Positions 57,142 to 64,000 of a stretch of 64,000 nt of DNA are shown here, piece by piece. The notes beneath the pieces were generated by a model. It was given only the letters and a program-made list of their open reading frames with translations. It did not search any database and had not been told where the DNA came from. Where the stretch lies: contig QPGO01000063.1 of assembly GCA_008632985.1 (NCBI GenBank), forward strand, positions 1-64,000. Direction: 5' to 3'. Source of the DNA: Psammoneis japonica (Eukaryota). The translations under genes were made by a program, and so were the position numbers. Position 1 is the stretch's first letter; the number at the start of each line of letters is the position of its first letter.

Positions 57142-60100
57142 ATGGACGCGAGTCATCACCACCTCGATGACCACCACAAGGAGGCTTCAGAACGATGCAA
57201 AAACGAAAAGGACGACGACGATTCGGTCTTGTGCCTTGCTTTGGTGCGCGAGAACGGTGCGGACGTGGTGGTGTTTGATGCCACTGGCACGCCTCGTTCC
57301 TTTTCCTACAAAGGCGATACCACGTCAAAAAAGCTCTGCTTCTCAAGCCACGGTCAGGGTGAAGTGGCGGATAGCTTGCTGACTCCGTGCTTTGATGAAG
57401 ACGGCATACACGGTGCACCTGAAGAGAGTTGCTTTTGCGGTGTCGATACGCCTCATTTGCATGCTCACGTGCACAATCCCGCAAAGTGCACGGAAAAATC
57501 CAAGACGGACGAAGATTTGTCCTATCTAGCACAACTCACGCTTCATCCGACCCATGACGATGAGGACTTTTTCGAAGAAGACGAGTCGCAGGAAATCAAG
57601 ATGCGTCGCTCCGAGATTGCGCCGCTCGTGCACTTGCCCGTCTCCGATCAATTGCCCAAGCAATGCAATTCCAAGGAGGTGAATGACCATATGAGTCAGA
57701 ACGGCATGTGTCGTAGATCTGTCCGCCATCGCAGAATGCACAAGGTTCAGGTATGTTGAGCTGTACCTATGATATGATACCTTTTTGACTTGTGACTTTG
57801 ACTCGATTCGCTGTGCATTCGTCGCACTCATAATTTCTTCTTTTTCTTCTTCCATAGCACGATGATCACGTCGATTACTTGGTACACCATAAAGAGACAG
57901 GAAGTCTGCGTTTGGAGCATCCCTGCGGTGGTTGTGGTAGTGACGACGTGCACGGAAACTTCGACTTGGTGGGAAAGCGAGGATTGTCCGGATCCAAAAG
58001 TGCCGAACTTCATTTCTTTGAGATCAAGTCCTCTCCCTTTCACCTTTTGGATTATCTCAAGGATACCTTTAATCCCAACACGGAACGTGTCATGGCAGCA
58101 AAGCCCTGTTGTGCCGACAAGACGTGCAGTGCTGCAGAAGTCAAGCCTTGTTGCGCAGACAAGACGTGCAGTGCTGCAAACAAGGATTTTGTCCGTCAGG
58201 TCAAGCCGTGTTGTGCCAACAAGATTTGTAGCTCGATGGAAACCGAGGAAGAGATGCCCCCTCCTTCGAATACTGTCATGTCTCAGTTTGTTTGTACCAA
58301 ACTTTGTTGCTCCTCTGAAGTTCCCATGCTTCATGACGTGCTAGACCCAATCGATGGGGTTCACGCGGTTCGTGTAAATGTTCCCGTCAAGACTGTATAC
58401 GTGGACCACAACCCGTCGATTGTTACTGCAGCTGATATTCAAAAGGTGTTAAACAAGAACAATTTTGGGGCTTCTATCGAGAATGATGGATGTGCCGCGG
58501 CTGGCAGCATTGGTCGTTCTCAGTTTTTCGTGGCAAAAATTTGTTGCGCAAGCGAGATTCCGGCCATCAAACATATTGTGGAGCCCTTGCCGGGTGTGAC
58601 AAATGTGGCCGTGAATACCACGAGCAAAATGGTCTATGTGGACCATGACGTGAATTTAATTTCGGCAGAGGATATCTGTTGTGCGCTCAACAAGGACCAC
58701 TTTGGTGCGAGCATCAAAAAGGCAGCTTCCAGTCAATCGTCGTCTTTATCAGTGTTTGTCGAGTCGATTTTTGCCTTGGAGAAGCTGCAAGATAGTAAGG
58801 ATCTTGATTCTTTCTTTGCAAATTATGGGCCGTCCCAAGTGGAATCGTTTGATTTGGATGCTTCGTGCAAGATAAAGAACCTCGCCGTGAAGCATAATCC
58901 CTACTTATTACACGCAGAGGCAATTTCTGATGCTCTTGTTCGCGATCTGGGAGTCGAGAGTTCCATTTTGGTAAACGGGGTGGATGACTTTGTTCAAGAA
59001 GTTCAGGATGATTTCGGCGAAGATGGCGAAGAAGAAATAACACAAGATCACAGAATCCTGCACGGGCTCACTTGGCCAGTGATTCTCTCCGGTTTCTTTT
59101 GGGCGTTATCCATGCTGTATCATATTGGTGGAAACTGGAAGTACCTTGAGTATTTGTCTCTACTCTCTGTCGCGTTTGGACTCCCATCCATTGCACTCAA
59201 AGCTTGGGGGACTTTGAGACGCTTCATGTTTGACGCAAATTGCATGATGCTTTTTGCGGCGCTAGGCGCTATTGGTCTTCAAGAGTTTACAGAAGCTGGT
59301 TTAATTACATTCTTGTTTAGTATTTCGGAATGGTTAGAGGTTCAGGCGACGACTAGAGCTCGCAATGCGCTTTCGTCAATTGTCAAGCTGCGCCCCGATC
59401 GAGCCAACTTGATCCATCCCGTCACGAAAGAAGTGGTTTTGGTAAAGGCCGTTAATGTGCCTGTTGGTGCTCTCGTTTCGGTGAAATTCGGTGACAAAAT
59501 TCCTTGTGACGGCGTTGTGGTCGAGGGTCAGTCAACTGTTGACGAGTCATCCCTCACTGGCGAGTCGATGCCGGTTCGCAAGGGCGTTGGTGATCTTGTT
59601 TCAGGCGGAACCATCAATAACGGGTACACGCATCTTATAATCCGCACCACTTCCACTGTAGACAATTCTGCGGTTGCACGATTGATTCGTCTCGTGGAAG
59701 AAGCTCAAGCCAACCGCTCACCCACGGAGAAGCTAGTTGACGAGTTTGCCAAGCGCTACACACCGGTGATTATGCTTGCCGCTCTATGTATGATTTCCAT
59801 CCCATGGGCTTTTGGAAATGAGACTGGACGTGAATGGACGGAGAATGGTTTGGTTCTCATTGTGATTGCTTGTCCCTGCGCTCTTATCATCAGCACACCT
59901 GTTGTTTACTTTGCCGGTCTTGCAGCCACGGCACAGAGGGGTATCTTGATCAAAGGTGGTGCACACTTAGAGGCTCTTGGCTTGGTGAAAAAGATTGCGT
60001 TCGACAAGACTGGTACGCTTACGGAAGGCTGCTTTTCGCTCCTTCACCTCGATATTATCGACAATCGTCGCACGAGGGATGTAGTGTTGCAGTACTTAGC

Positions 60101-61037
60101 CTTGATGGAGGAGAACGCCGCACATCCTCTCTCCCAAGCCCTTGTCGCTGCCGCCAGGAACGAGAATGTGACTGTCCCGAAAGAATGGTCTCTTAGTAAT
60201 CATACCCACCTTGCTGGTGAAGGTGTATCGGGCGTTGTGAATGATTTGGAAGTCTACGTCGGCAATGATAGGTTGATGCGTCGTCTTGATCTGCTGGAAT
60301 CTTTGCCTGCCGCGGACAAAGAGATGGCTGACGAATGGATTAAGAATGGATGCACTGTTGGCTATATGAGCATAGAAGGCGAAGGCATTGTGTGTGCCTA
60401 CTGCGTTGCCGATGCTGTGAGACCCGAATCCGCTGAAGTCGTTTCCCGTTTACAGGGTCTAGGCGTAGAATTGACAATGCTAACGGGAGATAATCACAAC
60501 GCAGCGACTGCCATTGGGCGACAAGTCGGATTGGACGAAGGCGGCATTCGCAGCGAGCTGTTGCCTGAAGATAAGCTAACTATTATCGCCAACATGAAGG
60601 AATCCAGTACTGGTGGTCGGTCCGTGTTATCGGATCTATGCAGCAAACGTCGTCTTGTTCTTATGTGCGGGGATGGTGTCAATGACTCGCCTGCGCTTGC
60701 GACTGCCGATGTTGGGGTCGCCATGGGATCAGGTGCCGCGTTGGCGATGGAGACTAGTGATGTAACTCTTCTGGACTCTCACTTGGCCAAGCTGGTGTAT
60801 TGTCTCCGCATGGGCCGAAGCGTCAGTAGGAAGATCAAGGAGAACGTTACTTTCAGTCTGGTGACTAAGGCCATCGTGGCTGCTTTTGCATTTGCTGGTA
60901 AAGCTGCGTTGTGGGCAGCAATTATCTCGGACGTCGGTGCAATGCTTCTTGTTACCTTAAATGGTATGTTGTTGCTTCCTCGTCGTAAACAGGGGGACAA
61001 GAATGCTTATGATATCAACGCCGCTGAGACGGCCTGA
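57142..61037 (+). CDS. HMA: P1B-type heavy-metal (Zn/Cd-type) ATPase with a His/Cys-rich N-terminal extension
   Basis: Intron 57751-57857 joins in frame. Two HMA domains with CCxxE, plus TGES, CPC, DKTGT, HP and GDGVND motifs. Confidence 0.93.
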
Positions 61038-61549
61038 TTCTGTTTCATAAACTATTTCGCTACCGTAATGAAACGCTTCTTTCAAACAGTTGCGCAATGT
61101 AGTTAAACAAGAAGTTCTGTAATCTGCAATTAATTTCATCTGCTTAGCTTGGTCAAGACTGTGTAAACTGTCAAACAAATGGCAGGGAGCGAAGAGATTT
61201 GAAGGAATGAAGGGAAGTCCGAAGTCCTACCCGCGTGCGACCGTATATACTGTAAGTCGTCACGGCACTTCCCTTTCTAATTGTTAGACCATTGTCATCA
61301 TCACAATATTTTGTATTTTTTTCTCAAGAGGTGATGGCCGTCATACGGTATTTTACATCTATCTGCTGCCGCGATCGAAGTCAGTCGTAATTGTTGGCCG
61401 GCGCAAGCATATAAATGCTACATAGTCAGATACTTTTGAACCTAAATTAACTGCCACGAATCAAGTACGATTTGAGCACGACTTGGAGATCCGGAAAGAT
61501 CTTTTGCCTCCCTCACTTTTGTTTATTCTCATCTTTCCCTGTTTCAACA

Positions 61550-62574
61550 ATGGAGCACCGCACCGAGACTCCGCCGGTCAAGAACCATAACGATGACATG
61601 TGTGGAAGACGAGGTGGATATAAGACCCAAAAAGAAAGCTATGCCGATGTGGAAGAACAAGAAGCTAGAATTCGGCAACAAATGTTGACTTCAACTCAGC
61701 TTCTTAATCCACCTACGAGAACGAGTTCACTTCACCAACGTGGTTATAATGAAGAGGACAACTCAATTGATCCAGCAACGCTCACTGGTGCTTTTGCTGT
61801 TAACAATGGACAAACGGTTCGACGTGGTGGCGACGACAGCATCACACTGCCGCTTCCGCGTGGGAGAGTGTTCGTTCGGACCCTCAGATGCCGCCACTGC
61901 CACCACCAACCCAAGACTACAACACTATCCTTGTTGAGGCTGAACTCGCTCAGCCGACGGCAGATGTAGGCAATTTACAAGAAGAAAACGCTCGTCTTCG
62001 AGAGGAAAACAATCGTCTTCACCAACAGTCGGCACCGCTCGCCCATGCTGAGGTGGCGCAAGCTGTTGTGTCCAACGAAGAGACTGACGACGCCCCCATC
62101 GATCTCGATCCAAAGAGGAAACGGCGCTGTTTGATTGGCTTGGGCATTTTGCTTCTGTTGGTTGTGCTTGTTTCAGCAATTGCCATTGCGGTGTCATCGT
62201 CCAGGGGGAGCAGTAGTGACAGTGGCAAGAATGCAAACAGCAACAGCAGCAAGGAAGATAACGTCACTGCAACACCAAGTCCCACCTTATTTGCAACAAC
62301 TACCCCTACGCCATTTTTGGCATCAAGAAGTCCCACATCACTTCCTACTTCAAATCCGACGCCATTTCCGACAAGGAATCCAACTCCACCTCCCACAAGA
62401 AATCCGACGCCATTTCCGACGAGAAATCCCACAAGAAATCCGACACCAGGTCCCACAAGAGAAGCGGCCTATCCCAACGGAGAACCAGAGAAACCCTATC
62501 CTTCCGGAACACCGCGTCCTACGAGAGCACCGAATCCAGTGTTCCAGGGACGCCGTCAGGTCCTGGAAGCTTAG
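61550..62574 (+). CDS. Single-pass membrane protein with PT(RN)-rich repeats (frameshift at about 61860)
   Basis: GAFAV motif, coiled coil, KRKRR followed by a TM helix, and PTRNPT repeats. Confidence 0.6.
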
Positions 62575-62740
62575 TCATCGTCAAAGAACGTGTATTTGTC
62601 AATGTAAAGAATTTGAAGAAAGGAAAACTGTTGCTTGTCAGGTAGCATCGATCCGCAGTGAATGTCTCCCTCGCTATGGAGGTACTTGCTTGGATACTTC
62701 AACTAGAATATGTTCTATAAACGATACTCGTTCGCCTCTG

Positions 62741-64000
62741 TCAGTAGTCAACCTTCTTGTGTCTACCAGTTTTGTCGCGCTTGTATTTTTCCGAGTACGC
62801 CCAGACTGCAAAGAACGTCCCAATGATGACCGGGAGAAACCACAAACTCAAGGCCCAGCTCTCATAGTTATTATCATCTAATACATCTCTTGCGAGGAGA
62901 TCTCGCCGATATGCTTCAGAAGTGGCGTCATGCGGCCTGTTGAGGGTGGACGTGATGAGAATGAATTCCGTACCACCACACTCTGGAATCAAGAGAGACA
63001 AAGACTTACCAGTATTCTAACCTAAGAAACTTATACACCATTTCCTCATCCCAGGATTCATCAGCTCGCCAACAATGTGGACATTGGCTTCTCGACGGAA
63101 ACATGGCATCAATTTCATCCTGATGAGTTACCTCTTTATTTGCTTTCTCTGCTCTTTCCTTCATCAGCCGAACATTGACGCTGTTGTGGACTTCCCATAG
63201 CCAAAGCGGCAACTGTCGCCATTCAATGTGAGTCGTTCCATTTGTAGAAGATGGCAATCTGACACATCGGTCATGACTACACGAGTCGTACATGGCAATA
63301 AAGTTCAACCGGCACACTTCACATCCAAAAAAGTTCTCCACGTAGTTTCGAATCAAGTCCGAAGCATCGCTGAGTGGCCACTTGGAATAGTCATCATCAC
63401 CGGCAAATGAATTCCATTCTACAACCCCAATTGTCACTAGATGAAATAGTTCCCATAGCCCGCATGTATATCCTGCAAAGTGGTCACCGTGCGTGCACGC
63501 AAAGCTCCACCCTTTTTCTTCCGGTGGATACTTGTCGACGGCACGAATCAAATCTGTTTCGGAAAGAACCACCGTATCCAGATTGTCTCTTACTGACTCT
63601 ACAGCCTTGTGAACTTGCAACGAAGGTGGGATCGCACAGTACAACAAATCAATCCAACCCGTGAATACCTCCTTGGTTTCGTCGTTCATTTCCCCCTTGA
63701 ATGTGTAAATGCTATTCTTCATGGCAAAATCAAACGAATTAGAGATATCACGATAAAGCGCCTTCTTGTCTCGAATTCGTGGCATTGTTGTTTTTGTGTC
63801 AGTCTCTTGTCCTCGTGTGCGGACCTTTTTCTGCGCCAGTGACGGCTGCGTAGGAACCATTTCCTCCCCGTATTCAACTCCAGGGTCGATTGGAAATCCC
63901 AAAGCGTCCATGACAACAAAAGGGTGAACATCGGAAGCATGAAATATTGTCGCATTGATGCTCCCGGCTTTATAGACCCTGATTCTCGGATAAGCTGAAA
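62741..64000 (-). CDS. QSOX: Quiescin/Erv-ALR sulfhydryl oxidase, 3' part (5' end outside the window)
   Basis: GYTCGLWELFH, FFGCEVC, LWLWEVHNSVN and FPSRSQCPHC. Intron at about 63009-62936 leads to a C-terminal TM exon. Confidence 0.88.

Noticed and set aside
54412..64000. GILT, HMA and QSOX as a thiol/metal gene cluster
   Set aside because: They are interrupted by unrelated sequence and show no evidence of co-regulation; chance adjacency is likely.

Overview
Eukaryotic nuclear DNA, most likely a diatom. This is inferred from bipartite plastid-targeting ASAF-type motifs, short GT-AG introns and a Copia relic of the kind seen in diatoms. About 19 host genes are recognisable: a ubiquitin-like fusion, Shewanella-like phosphatase, Crinkler/REase-like protein, secreted phosphoesterase with lamin-tail domain, two direct-repeat Patched/NPC1-like copies, C1D/Sas10, ceramide synthase, an FG-GAP protein, RanGAP, plastid pyruvate kinase, CmcJ/AsaB-like oxidoreductase, GILT, a P1B heavy-metal ATPase and QSOX. 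They alternate with sharply bounded transposon-derived blocks (about 1-2.8, 12.5-20.0, 23.5-27.8, 33.8-40.1 and 55.4-57.0 kb). The most striking signal is that these blocks have lost almost all TpA dinucleotides by TA->TG/CA (A->G) change: conserved Tyr codons read Cys or His, and surviving TAs are mostly in YTAR context. In an otherwise nearly intact Tc1/mariner-type element this has happened while CpG is still abundant. The pattern looks like a repeat-targeted A-to-G hypermutation process running opposite to fungal RIP. Scattered 1-bp frameshifts in housekeeping genes suggest consensus errors, so a base-calling artefact must be excluded. All protein-family calls are motif recognition by eye; no searches were run.
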